Counted from the stretch's first letter, positions 9,601-19,681 are shown. The stretch is 64,000 bases of DNA from Clostridia bacterium (GCA_017505785.1 JAFVOQ010000047.1:16558-80557), one strand, 5' to 3'. Notes: generated from the letters alone by a model not told the origin. Numbers and translations are program-made.

Positions 9601-10299
9601 GTCAATATGCGTCGAGAAAGTGGTGTGACGGCAATGGTCAGACCAGTAGGTATCGACCACGCGGATCTCGGTAATGGTAGGATCTCGCTTTTCCTCATCA
9701 CGGAAATAACCCTGTAAGAACTTAAGATCATCAAGATCCATGGCAAGGCCCAGGCTGTCAAGCAGATCGGCAAGTCCCTTTTCATCAAGCAAAATGAAGC
9801 CCTCGACGGTTTTTACCGAGGAAGGAATTGCATACTCCACCGCAAGCGTTTCGGGCTTTTCAAGGCTTGCCTCACGGCTCTCCACGGCGTTGATCACGTA
9901 TTTCTTGATATCCGCAACGTCCTTGTCGCTAAGATCGCCGCCAAGCACATAGACCTTTGCCGAGCGCACGGTGGGACGGTCGCCGCCGCTTTGCAGCTGA
10001 ATGCACTGCGCGGCAGAATCGGCACGCTGGTCAAACTGCCCGGGCAGCGGCTCTACGGCAAATACCGTACCGCCCTTAGCATCAAGCTCATCACTGACAA
10101 TATCCAGCTGGGGCTCAGAGAAAATGGTGCGCACCGCCTTTTCAAAAAGTGCAGATTCCGTGTTTTCTACATCATAACGATTGATCACGCGCACCGAGGT
10201 GAGCGCAGAAATACCAAGCAGATTGGTAAGCTCGGACAAAAGGCCGTTTGCCTCGTGTGCAAGCTCTGGCTTTTTCTCTACATATACTCTATATACCAT
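6610..10299 (-). CDS. purL: Phosphoribosylformylglycinamidine synthase, single-chain large form
   Basis: 1229 aa with PurS-like N-terminus, AIRS domains and a C-terminal glutamine amidotransferase (GICNGFQ, HSE). Confidence 0.95.
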   Translation of the reverse strand: MVYRVYVEKKPELAHEANGLLSELTNLLGISALTSVRVINRYDVENTESALFEKAVRTIFSEPQLDIVSDELDAKGGTVFAVEPLPGQFDQRADSAAQCIQLQSGGDRPTVRSAKVYVLGGDLSDKDVADIKKYVINAVESREASLEKPETLAVEYAIPSSVKTVEGFILLDEKGLADLLDSLGLAMDLDDLKFLQGYFRDEEKRDPTITEIRVVDTYWSDHCRHTTFSTHIDNVKIDDPAVAAAYERYLAARVEVYGEEKAAKRPQTLMDIATIAGKVLKKRGLLPELDESEEINACSIHVTANVSGEEQDWLLMFKNETHNHPTEIEPFGGAATCIGGCIRDPLSGRAYVHQAMRVTGGGDPRRALSETIPGKLPQRKLAQTAAAGYSSYGNQIGLATGHVAEVYHDGYMAKRLECGAVVAAAPAKNVRRERPAPGDVVILLGGRTGRDGIGGATGSSKSHNMKSLTTMASEVQKGNAPEERKIQRLFRNAEVTRLIKRCNDFGAGGVSVAIGELADGLSIDLDAVRKKYDGLDGTELAISESQERMAVVVEAKDADKFIAFAESENLEAYRVAVVTEEARMVMTWKGQTIADLSRAFLNTNGADKHTAVNVTEKDLAALSAPLYASLREMAGDLKTASRQGLVERFDGSIGAGSVTMPFGGKTQKTPAQSMAALLPVLPGEFTDQASVMSWALDPDHMSIDTYTGARAAVYHSMAKLVAAGADYKKAYLTLQEFFEKLRQEPTRWGKPFSALLGAMDAQLELGAAAIGGKDSMSGTFLDMDVPPTLISFAIAPIDAGEVITPEFKAAGHPVYLFAPDEDTAESQKAAWEAFYALHKAGKVKAAWAVENGIGEAVMKMSFGNKIGFKSAQCDDWHAAGMYGFIVAELSEEVENTYAFKLGETTAEEVVDLAGDKATIDELLAMNEAVLEGVYPTKAEPKEKTAPTFSYTKGFDVAPAVKCARPKALIPVFPGTNCEYDSARALMNAGADAEIVVIRNLTADDVARSVETISKKLAESQMVFIPGGFSGGDEPDGSAKFITAFFRNPAVKEQVTRLLDERDGLMLGICNGFQALIKLGLVPYGKIIDTDASCPTLTYNIIGRHQSKLVRTRVATNKSPWLAATNVGDIYTVPISHGEGRFLADDALVKELAANGQIATQYVDLAGNPTMDSAFNPNGSVAAIEGIISPDGRVLGKMGHSERIGKNLYRNVLGEYDMQLFLSAVKYFKG

Positions 10300-10302
10300 T
10301 TG

Positions 10303-11574
10303 TTACTCCTTTGTCAGTGCCGCCATGGCGCGTTTGCCGATGTCGTGACGATAAAATGCATTGTCAAAATGAACTTCTTCAACACGTGCGTACGCCGTTT
10401 TGATCGCCTCGCCAAGCGTATCCTCAACTGCGGTAACGCCGAGCACACGGCCACCGTTGGTAACAACAGCACCGTCCCTCAGGGCAGCACCCGCAACGAA
10501 TACATGGGGACGCGCCTCATCACTCATCGTGATCGGATACCCCTTCTCATACTTGCCGGGATAGCCGTCGGATGCCATAACGACACAGCAAGCGGCACCG
10601 TTGCTGAACTTCACCTCTACCTCAGCAAGTCGCTCCTCGGTTACCGCCTGCATGACGGTGAGAAGATCGCTTTCGAGAAGGGGGAGCACCACCTGCGTTT
10701 CGGGATCACCGAAGCGGCAATTATATTCGATCACCTTGGGGCCCTTGGGCGTGAGCATCAAGCCAAAGTAAAGGCAACCCTTAAAGGTTCTGCCCTCGGC
10801 GTTCATTGCTGCCATGGTGGGCAGGAAGATCGTTTCCATGCAAAGATCGGCAATCTCCTTGGTATAGTAGGGATTGGGAGCAATGGTGCCCATGCCGCCT
10901 GTATTCAGCCCCTCGTCGTTATCGTGGGCGCGCTTGTGGTCCATAGAGGATACCATTGGCACCATGGTCTTCCCGTCGGTGAAAGCAAGCACAGACACCT
11001 CGGGACCCGTGAGAAATTCCTCCACAACGATCTGATTGCCGCTTTTACCAAACACCTTATCCTCCATAATGGAGTGCACGGCATCCATAGCCTCCTGGCG
11101 AGTCGTGGCAATGATCACGCCCTTGCCGAGTGCCAAACCGTCTGCCTTTACCACGATCGGGATCTCTGCCGTTTCGAGGTATGCAAGTGCCTTTTGAGGA
11201 TCATCAAACACCTCATAGCCTGCGGTGGGAATATTGTACTTTTTCATCAGATTTTTGGAAAAGACCTTGCTTCCCTCAATGATTGCCGCGGCTTTGTTTG
11301 GGCCAAAGCAAGGGATTCCCTGCGCCGTGAGCGCATCGACAGTGCCCAGCACCAACGGATCATCGGGAGCAACAACAGCGTAATCGATCTTGTTTTCCAC
11401 AGCAAATGCAACGATCTTATCGATCTCAGTCGCACCGATCGGCACCAGCACGGCATCGTCCTTCATGCCGCCGTTGCCGGGCACTGCATAAATTGTTTCA
11501 ACCTTAGGGTTTTTGAGAAGCGAGCGAATGATGGCATGCTCTCTGCCGCCACCGCCAACGACCATTATTTTCAT
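10303..11574 (-). CDS. purD: Phosphoribosylamine--glycine ligase
   Basis: 423 aa. MKIMVVGGGGREHAI..., ATP-grasp core. Confidence 0.95.
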   Translation of the reverse strand: MKIMVVGGGGREHAIIRSLLKNPKVETIYAVPGNGGMKDDAVLVPIGATEIDKIVAFAVENKIDYAVVAPDDPLVLGTVDALTAQGIPCFGPNKAAAIIEGSKVFSKNLMKKYNIPTAGYEVFDDPQKALAYLETAEIPIVVKADGLALGKGVIIATTRQEAMDAVHSIMEDKVFGKSGNQIVVEEFLTGPEVSVLAFTDGKTMVPMVSSMDHKRAHDNDEGLNTGGMGTIAPNPYYTKEIADLCMETIFLPTMAAMNAEGRTFKGCLYFGLMLTPKGPKVIEYNCRFGDPETQVVLPLLESDLLTVMQAVTEERLAEVEVKFSNGAACCVVMASDGYPGKYEKGYPITMSDEARPHVFVAGAALRDGAVVTNGGRVLGVTAVEDTLGEAIKTAYARVEEVHFDNAFYRHDIGKRAMAALTKE

Positions 11575-11589
11575 AGAAAGCTCCTTTTA

Positions 11590-12828
11590 TCAATTATAAA
11601 TGGGGAATTTCTCGCAAAGTGCCATAACCTCTTTGGTAATGCGCTCGCAGTTGCCCTCAAAATCGGCGGCAACGTCACGCATCCACCCTGCGATCAGGCG
11701 CATTTCCTCTTTGCCAAAGCCACGGCTGGTAACGGCGGGCGTGCCCACACGGATACCGCTGGTAACAAAGGGCTTTTCGGGGTCGTTCGGGATCGCATTT
11801 TTGTTGACGGTGATATGTACCTCGTCAAGGCGTCTTTCCATTTCCTTACCTGTAATGCCGAAGGGACGAAGGTCGATGAGCATGAGATGATTGTCGGTGT
11901 CGCCCGAAACGATGCGGAAGCCCGCATCCTTGAGGCACTCGCAAAGCACCTTTGCGTTCTCCTTTACGTTCTTCTGATAGGTCACAAACTCGGGGGTCAT
12001 TGCCTCACCAAGTGCCACTGCCTTAGCGGCAATAATATGCATGAGGGGGCCACCCTGCGTGCCGGGAAATACTGCTTTATCGATCTGCTTTGCAAGCTCC
12101 TCACGGCAAAGGATCATGCCGCCGCGGGGGCCGCGCAGGGTTTTATGCGTGGTTGTGGTAACAACGTCGGCATAGGGCACGGGAGAGGGGTGAAGACCTG
12201 CCGCAACAAGACCTGCGATATGCGCCATATCTACCATATAGTAAGCGCCAACCTCTTTTGCGATCTTGGCGATCGCCTCAAAATCAATGGTACGGGAGTA
12301 AGCACTGGCACCTGCAACGATCAGCTTCGGCTTGCACTCCAGTGCTACGCGGCGAATATCCTCGTAATCGAGCATCTCGGTATCGTCGTTTACGCTGTAA
12401 GGCACAACATTGAAGTACTTGCCAGAAATATTGACGGGTGAGCCGTGGGAAAGGTGACCGCCGTGTGCAAGATTCAGACCCATTACGGTATCACCGGGGT
12501 TGCAAAGAGCGAAGAATACGGCAAGGTTTGCGTTCGCACCGCTGTGGGGCTGTACGTTTGCATGCTCAGCACCGAAGAGCTTCTTTGCACGCTCACGTGC
12601 GATATCCTCTACGATATCCACACAATGACAGCCGCCGTAGTAACGCTTGCCGGGATAGCCCTCGGCATATTTGTTGGTCAGCACCGTGCCTGCCGCCATG
12701 AGAACCGCCTTAGAAACAATATTCTCCGAGGCGATCAGCTCAATGTTGTGGCGCTGACGGGTAAGCTCAAGGTTACACCCTTCATATACCTCTTTATCGT
12801 AATTTACAAGTTCATCAAAAAAGTTCAT
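11590..12828 (-). CDS. glyA: Serine hydroxymethyltransferase
   Basis: 412 aa. [24 protein letters not shown] (PLP lysine motif). Confidence 0.95.
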   Translation of the reverse strand: MNFFDELVNYDKEVYEGCNLELTRQRHNIELIASENIVSKAVLMAAGTVLTNKYAEGYPGKRYYGGCHCVDIVEDIARERAKKLFGAEHANVQPHSGANANLAVFFALCNPGDTVMGLNLAHGGHLSHGSPVNISGKYFNVVPYSVNDDTEMLDYEDIRRVALECKPKLIVAGASAYSRTIDFEAIAKIAKEVGAYYMVDMAHIAGLVAAGLHPSPVPYADVVTTTTHKTLRGPRGGMILCREELAKQIDKAVFPGTQGGPLMHIIAAKAVALGEAMTPEFVTYQKNVKENAKVLCECLKDAGFRIVSGDTDNHLMLIDLRPFGITGKEMERRLDEVHITVNKNAIPNDPEKPFVTSGIRVGTPAVTSRGFGKEEMRLIAGWMRDVAADFEGNCERITKEVMALCEKFPIYN

Positions 12829-12847
12829 GTCCGAAAATTCCTTTCTA

Positions 12848-14032
12848 TTAATGGTGGAACAGGCGCATACCTGTAAATGCCATGGTCATGCCGTATTTGT
12901 TGCAGCAATCGATCACAAGATCATCGCGAATTGAGCCGCCGGGCTGTGCAATGTAGGAAACGCCACTCTTTTTGCAACGCTCTACGTTATCGCTAAAGGG
13001 GAAGAAGGCATCAGAGCCGCAGGCAACACCGCTGATCGTATCAAGATACGCTCTTTGCTCCTCACGGGTGAAGGGGGCAGGCTGCGCGGTAAAGTACTTT
13101 TGCCAGTTACCGTCAGCGCAAACGTCCTCCTCGTTTTGGTTGATATAACCGTCAATAACGTTGTCACGGTCGGGGCGACCGAGTGTTTCCTTAAAGGGGA
13201 GAGCGAGCACCTTGTCGTGCTGACGCAGGAACCAGGTATCTGCCTTGCCGCCCGCAAGACGGGTGCAGTGTACACGGGATTGCTGACCCGCACCGACACC
13301 GATCGCTTGTCCGTCAACGGCATAGCACACCGAGTTGGACTGCGTATATTTGAGGGTGATGAGGGCAACGATCAGATCGCGCACCGCGCTCTCGGGCATA
13401 TCCTTGTTTTCGGTTACGATATTTTGAAGCAGCTCCCGATTGATCAGGAAATTGTTTCTGCCCTGCTCAAAGGTAATGCCGAAAACCTGCTTTCTCTCGA
13501 TAGGATCGGGCATATAGTTGGGATCGATCTCCACAATATTGTAGTTGCCCTTTTTCTTGGTTTTAAGGATCTCAAGTGCTTCCGGTTCATAGCCGGGAGC
13601 AATGATACCGTCGGAAACCTCGCGCTTAAGCATTTGAGCCGTAGTCACGTCACACACATCGGAAAGTGCCACCCAGTCACCAAAGGAGCACATACGGTCG
13701 GTGCCGCGTGCACGCGCATACGCGCAAGCAAGGAGTGAATCGTCAAGCCCCTCGATATCCTCTACAAAGCAAGCCTTTTTCAGCTTGTCGGAAAGCTTTA
13801 CACCAACAGCCGCCGATGTGGGGCTGACGTGCTTAAAGGACGTCACGGCAGGAAGTCCCAATGCCGCCTTCAATTCCTTTACCAGCTGCCAGGAGTTAAA
13901 GGCATCGAGAAAGTTGATGTAACCGGGTCTGCCGCAAAGGATCTTAATGGGAAGCTCGCTTCCGTCATGCATATAGATCTTGGCAGGCTTTTGGTTGGGA
14001 TTACAGCCGTATTTCAGTTCAAAATCTTTCAT
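12848..14032 (-). CDS. purH: AICAR formyltransferase (stand-alone PurH transformylase domain, no MGS-like cyclohydrolase domain)
   Basis: 394 aa. [20 protein letters not shown], ending [10 protein letters not shown], as in the C-terminal PurH domain. Confidence 0.85.
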   Translation of the reverse strand: MKDFELKYGCNPNQKPAKIYMHDGSELPIKILCGRPGYINFLDAFNSWQLVKELKAALGLPAVTSFKHVSPTSAAVGVKLSDKLKKACFVEDIEGLDDSLLACAYARARGTDRMCSFGDWVALSDVCDVTTAQMLKREVSDGIIAPGYEPEALEILKTKKKGNYNIVEIDPNYMPDPIERKQVFGITFEQGRNNFLINRELLQNIVTENKDMPESAVRDLIVALITLKYTQSNSVCYAVDGQAIGVGAGQQSRVHCTRLAGGKADTWFLRQHDKVLALPFKETLGRPDRDNVIDGYINQNEEDVCADGNWQKYFTAQPAPFTREEQRAYLDTISGVACGSDAFFPFSDNVERCKKSGVSYIAQPGGSIRDDLVIDCCNKYGMTMAFTGMRLFHH

Positions 14033-14047
14033 ATGTAACAGCCTCGC

Positions 14048-14758
14048 TTATTGATTTTTATTGGTAATGATCTCGGTGGGGGTGCTACCGTCAAGCGGTA
14101 CTGTGCGCACGAAAAGCGAGACCTTGTTATCGGGATTGAGATTCTTCCACAAAAGCGTTGAAAGCTCCTCGGCGGTATTGGGGAGTGCTACCTCCTCGGG
14201 CTCGCCGTAAAAGGAAGGGATCGGGTTGCCGTCACACTTATAGGTGTGGATAAAATGACCGATGCCCGCACGCGGTACATAACGGTAGAAATAGCGGTTA
14301 CAAACAGCAGGATTGCCGTTTGCGCTTTTGAGAATAGAGAGCGAATAGGTAAAGTCCTTGTCGCCGTAATAGCAAACGCCCGAAATGCGAGGGGTATAGT
14401 TGGGGCAGTCCGGCTCAAACTCACGTGTCATCAAAGCTTCTTCAAAGCTCTCTCCCTTTACCATGTGATCGTAGATCGTGTTGGTCTGATCGCCGTTGGT
14501 GATGATATCCTTGTCCGCAAGAGCGAGGTACGGATTATAAATGATCAGGCTGGGGTCGGAGAGCTTGCTCTCGTCAAACGCCTTGGTGCGCATACCGCCC
14601 TCAAAGCGCTCAAACACGCGGTTGCGGCTGTTTTCGCTACGCCCCATGATAAAATAGGCGATCATCGCGTTTTTGCCGTCGGCCGATTTGCCGATCACAA
14701 TACCGCGGCCCGGGTATGTATTCTCACGCAGAAGCTTTTTTAAATCAAACAATGCCAT
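14048..14758 (-). CDS. IMP cyclohydrolase, PurO-like (archaeal-type, PF07826-like)
   Basis: 236 aa. YPGRGIVIGKSADG..., GRSENSRNR, ITNGDQTNTI and NYTPRISG parallel the PurO pattern Y.GR..., SRS.NR, NG..T, NTPRI as I recall it. Sits between purN and the AICARFT gene. Confidence 0.72.
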   Translation of the reverse strand: MALFDLKKLLRENTYPGRGIVIGKSADGKNAMIAYFIMGRSENSRNRVFERFEGGMRTKAFDESKLSDPSLIIYNPYLALADKDIITNGDQTNTIYDHMVKGESFEEALMTREFEPDCPNYTPRISGVCYYGDKDFTYSLSILKSANGNPAVCNRYFYRYVPRAGIGHFIHTYKCDGNPIPSFYGEPEEVALPNTAEELSTLLWKNLNPDNKVSLFVRTVPLDGSTPTEIITNKNQ

Positions 14759-14762
14759 AATT

Positions 14763-15374
14763 TCACTCTTTCTTCTCTTTTATTTCTGTCGCCACCTGCT
14801 CTACGGCAAGGGGCAATATTTTCCACTCCGCCTCTTCCATAACACGGCGCTGGAGCACCTCGGGTGTATCACCCTCGCGGATCTCGACCGCTTTTTGCAT
14901 AATGATCCTGCCACCGTCGGGAATTTCATTTACGAAGTGCACCGTTGCACCCGTTACCTTTACGCCGTAGCCAAGTGCCGCCTCGTGCACGCGCAGTCCG
15001 TAAAATCCCTCTCCGCAAAAGGAAGGAATGAGCGAAGGATGCACGTTGATGATGCGCTCGGGATAGGCATCGGTCACGCGCTGACTGAGAATGACCATAA
15101 AGCCTGCCAGCACGATCAGCTCAATGCCCTGCTCCTTTAAGGTATCCAGCAATTTCTCTTCAAACGCCTCGGCAGAGCCAAGCTCCTTTTTGGAGATCAC
15201 GCAGGTGGCGATGCCGGCATTTTGGGCGCGGGTAAGTGCGTACGCGCCCTTGTTATTTGAAATTACAAGTACGATCTCTCCGTTTTTCAGGATGCCGCTT
15301 TGCTGTGCATCGATCAATGCCTGCAAATTGGTGCCGCCCCCCGAAACAAGAACCGCGATCTTCGTTTTGCTCAT
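14763..15374 (-). CDS. purN: Phosphoribosylglycinamide formyltransferase
   Basis: 203 aa. [27 protein letters not shown]. Confidence 0.9.
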   Translation of the reverse strand: MSKTKIAVLVSGGGTNLQALIDAQQSGILKNGEIVLVISNNKGAYALTRAQNAGIATCVISKKELGSAEAFEEKLLDTLKEQGIELIVLAGFMVILSQRVTDAYPERIINVHPSLIPSFCGEGFYGLRVHEAALGYGVKVTGATVHFVNEIPDGGRIIMQKAVEIREGDTPEVLQRRVMEEAEWKILPLAVEQVATEIKEKKE

Positions 15375-16420
15375 TGAAGGATCACCTTGTCCTCGCCCTT
15401 CACGATCTCGCCGATCAGGTACGCATCCTCGCCGTTTGCACGAAGAATAGCAAGTGCCTCCTCTGCCTTGTCGGCAGGTACTACGATGCTCATACCAACG
15501 CCCATGTTGTAGGTGTTATACATATCGCGCTCGGGGATGTTGCCCGTTTTGGCGATCAGATCGAAAATGGGAAGCACCTTTACCGCGCTCTTATCGATCT
15601 TTGCACAGAGCCCGTCGGGCACGCTGCGCGGAATATTCTCATAAAATCCGCCGCCCGTGATGTGAGAAATGCCCTTCACATCCACCTTCTCCAAAAGTGC
15701 CAGCACGGATTTTACATAGATCTTGGTGGGCGTAAGCAGGGTTTCGGCAATCGACTTGCCGCCCAGTGCCTCGCTCGGCACGTAAAGCGATGCAGGATTG
15801 TTATCAATATCAAACACCTTACGGATCAGAGAAAAGCCATTGGAGTGAATACCGCTGGATGCCAGCGCGATCACCGCATCGCCCTCGCTCATCTTCGTGT
15901 TGTCAATGATCTTTTTCTTATCGACCACGCCAACGGCAAAGCCTGCAAGGTCATAGTCCTCCACGGGCATCAGACCCGGGTGCTCGGCAGTTTCGCCACC
16001 GATCAGTGCGGCACCGGACTGCACGCAGCCCTCTGCCACACCGCCAACGATCGCGGCGATCTTTTCGGGCACGTTTTTGCCGCAAGCGATATAGTCAAGG
16101 AAGAACAAGGGCTTAGCACCTACGCAAATGATGTCGTTGACGCACATTGCCACAGCATCGATACCAATGGTGTCGTGCTTGTCCATTAAAATGGCAAGCT
16201 TGACCTTAGTGCCGCACCCGTCAGTGCCGGATACGAGCACCGGCTCCTCCATGCCCGCAATGTTCAGGCCAAAGCAACCGCCAAAGCCGCCAACGTCATC
16301 CAGGCACCCCTCGTTTTTGGTGCGTGCAACGTGTTTCTTCATGAGTTCAACTGCCTTGTAGCCCGCAGTAATATCAACACCTGCGGCTGCGTAGCTTTCA
16401 GATTTCGATTGATTGTGCAT
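15371..16420 (-). CDS. purM: Phosphoribosylformylglycinamidine cyclo-ligase (AIR synthase)
   Basis: The ORF track gives 15371-16471. I prefer the ATG at 16418-16420 ([16 protein letters not shown]...), which has a GGAAAGGAA RBS and does not overlap the purF stop at 16425. Confidence 0.92.
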   Translation of the reverse strand: MHNQSKSESYAAAGVDITAGYKAVELMKKHVARTKNEGCLDDVGGFGGCFGLNIAGMEEPVLVSGTDGCGTKVKLAILMDKHDTIGIDAVAMCVNDIICVGAKPLFFLDYIACGKNVPEKIAAIVGGVAEGCVQSGAALIGGETAEHPGLMPVEDYDLAGFAVGVVDKKKIIDNTKMSEGDAVIALASSGIHSNGFSLIRKVFDIDNNPASLYVPSEALGGKSIAETLLTPTKIYVKSVLALLEKVDVKGISHITGGGFYENIPRSVPDGLCAKIDKSAVKVLPIFDLIAKTGNIPERDMYNTYNMGVGMSIVVPADKAEEALAILRANGEDAYLIGEIVKGEDKVILQ

Positions 16421-16424
16421 AATT

Positions 16425-17849
16425 TTATTCCTTTCCGTTCCAGCAATATGTGCAGAGTTTACAGGGCTCAACGCCGATCGCTTTCAAGACGCCCTCAAGC
16501 GATTGAAATTCAAGTGAGTTAAAGTGCATTTTCTCCGAGATCGCGCGGCGCAATGCCTTGCCGCGCTCAGTTGTGCCGTCGCTGTATTCCTCAATGTGCT
16601 TTTCGCCTTCCTCGCCCTCAAGCTCGAGGATCACGCGGCGTGCGAGCAGCTCCATATCATTTTTGGCATTGGTGAAATTGAGGTATTTGCAACGGTACAT
16701 AATGGGGGGGCAAGCCGAGCGCATGTGCACTGACTTCGCACCGCTGTTAAAGAGAAAGTCAACCGTGCTTTTGAGCTGTGTGCCGCGTACGATCGAATCA
16801 TCAACAAACATAAGATCCTTATCGTTTATCAGCTCCTTGACGGGCACCTGCTTCATTTTTGCCACGCGGTTGCGCTCCACCTGCTTATTTGGTGTAAAGC
16901 TGCGCGACCACGTGGGTGTATATTTGAGGAAGGGGCGCGCAAAGGGAATGCCACTCTCGCCGGCATATCCAATGGCATGGGGAGTGCCCGAATCTGGCAT
17001 GCCTGCAACGAAATCAAGCTGCGGCAGTTTCCCCTCCCTCTTTTCGTTCTCTGCCATAATGGCACCGTTGCGGTAACGCATGACCTCAACGTTTACACCC
17101 TCGTAAGCCGAGGGAGAGTACCCGTAATAGGACCACAGGAAGGAGCAGATCTTCATCTCCTTGCCGGGGGCAACCAGCTGCCGTGTGCCCTCATGCGTGA
17201 TCTCGACGACCTCACCGGGTCCGAGCTCCTTGAAGACCGTATAGCCAAGCTTTTCCGCGGCAAAGGATTCAAAGGTCACGCAATATGCATCCTCGCCTTT
17301 ACCAAGGATCATGGGCAATCGCCCGAATTTATCACGCGCGGCAATGATACTGCCCCCGTTGCGCAGAATAAGCAACGTAATTGAGCCCTCGATCTCGCTT
17401 TGTGCAAAGCGGATGCCCTCCACAAAATCTTCCTTTTGGTCGATGAGTGCCGCGATCAGCTCCGTGGGATTGACCGCACCGCCCGTCATCGCGTCAAAGT
17501 GGCCGCTGCTTGTCTTAAAATATTTTTCGATCAGCTCGTCCGCATTCGTTATCGCACCGATATTGCAGATCGCGTAGGCACCATGACGGGAGCGAATGAG
17601 CAGGGGCTGAGGCTCGCCGTCGCTGATACAGCCGATAGCGGATCTGCCCTTCATATCGTCAAATACGTGCTCGAACTTGGTGCGAAAGGGTGTGTTCTTG
17701 ATATTGTGTATCTCACGCTGGAGCCCGACCTCACTGTCATATACCGCCATGCCGGCACGCGCCGTGCCAAGGTGAGAATGATAATCCGTGCCAAAAAAAG
17801 TATCTGCCAGCGCATCATGTCGCGCCGCAACGCCAAAAAAGCCGCCCAT
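16425..17849 (-). CDS. purF: Amidophosphoribosyltransferase
   Basis: 474 aa. Ntn-amidotransferase domain plus a PRT domain ([12 protein letters not shown]). Confidence 0.93.
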   Translation of the reverse strand: MGGFFGVAARHDALADTFFGTDYHSHLGTARAGMAVYDSEVGLQREIHNIKNTPFRTKFEHVFDDMKGRSAIGCISDGEPQPLLIRSRHGAYAICNIGAITNADELIEKYFKTSSGHFDAMTGGAVNPTELIAALIDQKEDFVEGIRFAQSEIEGSITLLILRNGGSIIAARDKFGRLPMILGKGEDAYCVTFESFAAEKLGYTVFKELGPGEVVEITHEGTRQLVAPGKEMKICSFLWSYYGYSPSAYEGVNVEVMRYRNGAIMAENEKREGKLPQLDFVAGMPDSGTPHAIGYAGESGIPFARPFLKYTPTWSRSFTPNKQVERNRVAKMKQVPVKELINDKDLMFVDDSIVRGTQLKSTVDFLFNSGAKSVHMRSACPPIMYRCKYLNFTNAKNDMELLARRVILELEGEEGEKHIEEYSDGTTERGKALRRAISEKMHFNSLEFQSLEGVLKAIGVEPCKLCTYCWNGKE

Positions 17850-17860
17850 ACTTACTCTCC

Positions 17861-18370
17861 TTAAAGATTTGCAAAGGCGGCAAACTCCGCTTCAACAGCG
17901 GCATTCTTCTCAAGCACCTTTGCTTCATCCGCCGCGCGCTTTGCGGCAAGCTTTGCAGCAAGCTCCTCGTCGGTAATGGCAAACATCTCACAGCAAAGCA
18001 ATGCTGCGTTTACCGCACCGTTGATAGCAACCGTTGCCACGGGAATGCCCGAGGGCATCTGCACAGTGGAAAGCAGTGCATCCATACCGTCAAGATTGGT
18101 AGACTTGCAGGGCACGCCGATCACAGGTAGCGTAGTATATGCCGCCATTACACCGCCAAGGTGCGCCGCCATGCCCGCCGCCGCGATAATGGCACCAAAT
18201 CCGTTCTCGCGTGCGCTGCGCGCAAACGTAGCCGCAGCATCGGGCGTTCTGTGTGCCGACATCACGTGCACCTCAAACGGAACGCCAAAGGCAGCCAGCG
18301 TATCTGCTGCCTTGCGCATAATGGGCAGATCGCTGTCGCTGCCCATGATAATTCCAACTTTTTTCTTCAT
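17861..18370 (-). CDS. purE: 5-(carboxyamino)imidazole ribonucleotide mutase (PurE; class I-like GMAAHLGGV motif)
   Basis: 169 aa. GIIMGSDSD, VMSAHRTP, AAAGMAAHLGGVMAA. Confidence 0.92.
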   Translation of the reverse strand: MKKKVGIIMGSDSDLPIMRKAADTLAAFGVPFEVHVMSAHRTPDAAATFARSARENGFGAIIAAAGMAAHLGGVMAAYTTLPVIGVPCKSTNLDGMDALLSTVQMPSGIPVATVAINGAVNAALLCCEMFAITDEELAAKLAAKRAADEAKVLEKNAAVEAEFAAFANL

Positions 18371-18400
18371 TCAAGCACCTCCGCAAAGTGATGTAAAAGC

Positions 18401-18441
18401 AAAAAAAAGACACACTGATTCCACTAAGAAACGAGTGTGCC
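18401..18441 (-). terminator. Expression-platform terminator of the ZTP riboswitch
   Basis: Minus strand GGCACACU-17 nt loop-AGUGUGUC followed by U8. The 5' arm overlaps the conserved CUGGGCA of the aptamer. Confidence 0.8.
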
Positions 18442-18535
18442 CAGACGGTCGGCTCGAAACTCGCATTTGCAAATTTCGCTATTATTTCTGCTCCCCCGTG
18501 GTGGCTCCACAATTCCGTCAGTCACAGAAACCGTT
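18438..18535 (-). promoter_or_regulatory. ZTP (pfl motif) riboswitch aptamer upstream of purE
   Basis: Minus strand GUGACUGACGGAAUUGUGGAGCCACCACGGGGGAGC, about 37 nt of linker, then CCGACCGUCUGGGCA. This matches the two conserved blocks of the ZTP class (GACUGRCG...CCACC.GGGGAGC and CCGNCCGYCUGGGC) as I recall them from published ZTP sequences. The genomic context (purine/folate genes) is the classic one. Confidence 0.88.
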
Positions 18536-18548
18536 TTTTACGCTTTTA

Positions 18549-18578
18549 ATAATAACATATTATATGTATGTTTGTCAA
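18549..18578 (-). promoter_or_regulatory. Promoter of the pur operon: TTGACA-18-TATTAT
   Basis: Minus strand cgcTTGACAaacatacatataatatgtTATTATtaaaagcg, immediately 5' of the riboswitch. Confidence 0.55.
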
Positions 18579-18882
18579 GCGAAGTTTCGAGAAAATTCGA
18601 GAAAAAACCAAGTTTGGGCGAAGCCGTTCATGATCGGTCGCACCACGCCAGCGCACACAGAAGTATTGCAAACGCGCCCTGCACGCGTTTGCGTTTCCTT
18701 TTTCTTGACTTTACGCTACACATTTATTTGAGTTTCTAAATTTATTCTGAATTTTTCCAATTTTGCTGTTTGATTTTCTTGTTTTTTGCAAAATTAAAAT
18801 TTATTTTTTCGATTTTTGTCGTTTTTTCAAAACATTGTAAGTAAAGAACATTTGCGGATCCAAAGTTTAACAAAAAAAACTC

Positions 18883-18911
18883 TTGACAAGGTTCAACATA
18901 TCTGCTATAAT
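18883..18911 (+). promoter_or_regulatory. Perfect consensus promoter TTGACA-17-TATAAT for the Mn riboswitch-mntP unit
   Basis: TTGACA at 18883-18888 and TATAAT at 18906-18911, counted base by base. Confidence 0.7.
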
Positions 18912-18916
18912 ACCAA

Positions 18917-19020
18917 ACGTATCCTGTGAGGGAGTAGTAAGCACGGCATTGCCGCGCAGCATGTCAACACAATGGCACAGCGTTGCCTGGCATGCTTTAA
19001 TTTACGAGACTCAAGTGTGG
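18917..19020 (+). promoter_or_regulatory. yybP-ykoY (Mn2+) riboswitch
   Basis: GAGGGAGUAG...GCAUGUCAACAC...UUUACGAGACUCAAG matches the conserved GGGGAGUAG / UUGACA / AGAC blocks. Directly upstream of mntP. Confidence 0.85.
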
Positions 19021-19052
19021 GCCACGAGTGCCACATTTGGGTTTTTTTATTT
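19010..19052 (+). terminator. Mn-riboswitch expression-platform terminator
   Basis: CUCAAGUGUGG-GCCACGAGUG-CCACAUUUGGG (11 bp including 2 G-U pairs) followed by U7. The 5' arm overlaps the 3' conserved end of the aptamer. Confidence 0.75.
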
Positions 19053-19077
19053 GCCAAAATCGAAGGGAGAAAAAAGT

Positions 19078-19674
19078 ATGGGATTTCATTTCTTTTTTAC
19101 AAACATTTTGCTTGGTGTAGGGCTCGCGATGGATGCCTTTTCGGTGTCGCTGGCGAACGGTCTTGCCAATCACACAATGAAATGGCGGCGCGTGCTGCTG
19201 ATTGCAGGCACCTTTGCCCTCTTTCAGGCACTGATGCCCTTTGCCGGTTGGCTTTGCGTACATACGCTTGCCGAGCAATTTGAGGCATTTGGGAAATTTA
19301 TCCCCTGGATCGCACTCCTGCTACTCACCTTTATCGGCGGCAAAATGCTGCTTGAGGGGGTAAAGGCATGCCGTGCCGGGCTTTGCGATGACGAGAGCGT
19401 TGTGGCAAAATTTAGCCTGGCTGCACTTCTTGTACAAGGCATTGCTACCTCAATAGACGCGCTTTCCGTTGGCTTCACCATTGCCGAGTATAACGTTTGG
19501 CAGGCACTGCTGGCGGTTACACTCATCGCCGCCGTGACCTTCTTGATCTGTATGTGCGGCGTGCTGATCGGCAAAAAATTCGGTGCCGGGCTTTCGGGCA
19601 AGGCAACGATCCTTGGCGGCTCCATCCTCGTTGTCATAGGCATTTACATCTTTATTAAGGGCATAGTTTGCTAA
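19078..19674 (+). CDS. mntP: Manganese efflux pump MntP
   Basis: The track ORF starts at 18883 but that extension covers the promoter and riboswitch. ATG 19078 follows RBS GAAGGGAGA. Twin DUF204 motifs AMDAFSVS and SIDALSVG. Confidence 0.88.
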   Translation: MGFHFFFTNILLGVGLAMDAFSVSLANGLANHTMKWRRVLLIAGTFALFQALMPFAGWLCVHTLAEQFEAFGKFIPWIALLLLTFIGGKMLLEGVKACRAGLCDDESVVAKFSLAALLVQGIATSIDALSVGFTIAEYNVWQALLAVTLIAAVTFLICMCGVLIGKKFGAGLSGKATILGGSILVVIGIYIFIKGIVC

Positions 19675-19681
19675 TATAACC

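Noticed and set aside
6988-9717. 909-aa plus-strand ORF antisense to purL. Similar giants occur at 9991-12441 (816 aa, antisense to purD/glyA) and 48241-50256 (671 aa, antisense to the binding protein gene).
   Set aside because: Each lies exactly antisense to a gene with strong family motifs. Their translations are low-complexity (rich in G, A, R, C, H) with no recognisable domains. The sense genes visibly avoid TTA, CTA and TCA codons, which removes stops from the directly antisense frame. I treat them as a codon-usage artefact, not as overlapping genes.
18883-19077. N-terminal 65-codon extension of the mntP ORF given in the track.
   Set aside because: The extension begins inside the -35 box and covers the Mn riboswitch and its terminator. 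ATG 19078 has a good RBS and matches the MntP family N-terminus.
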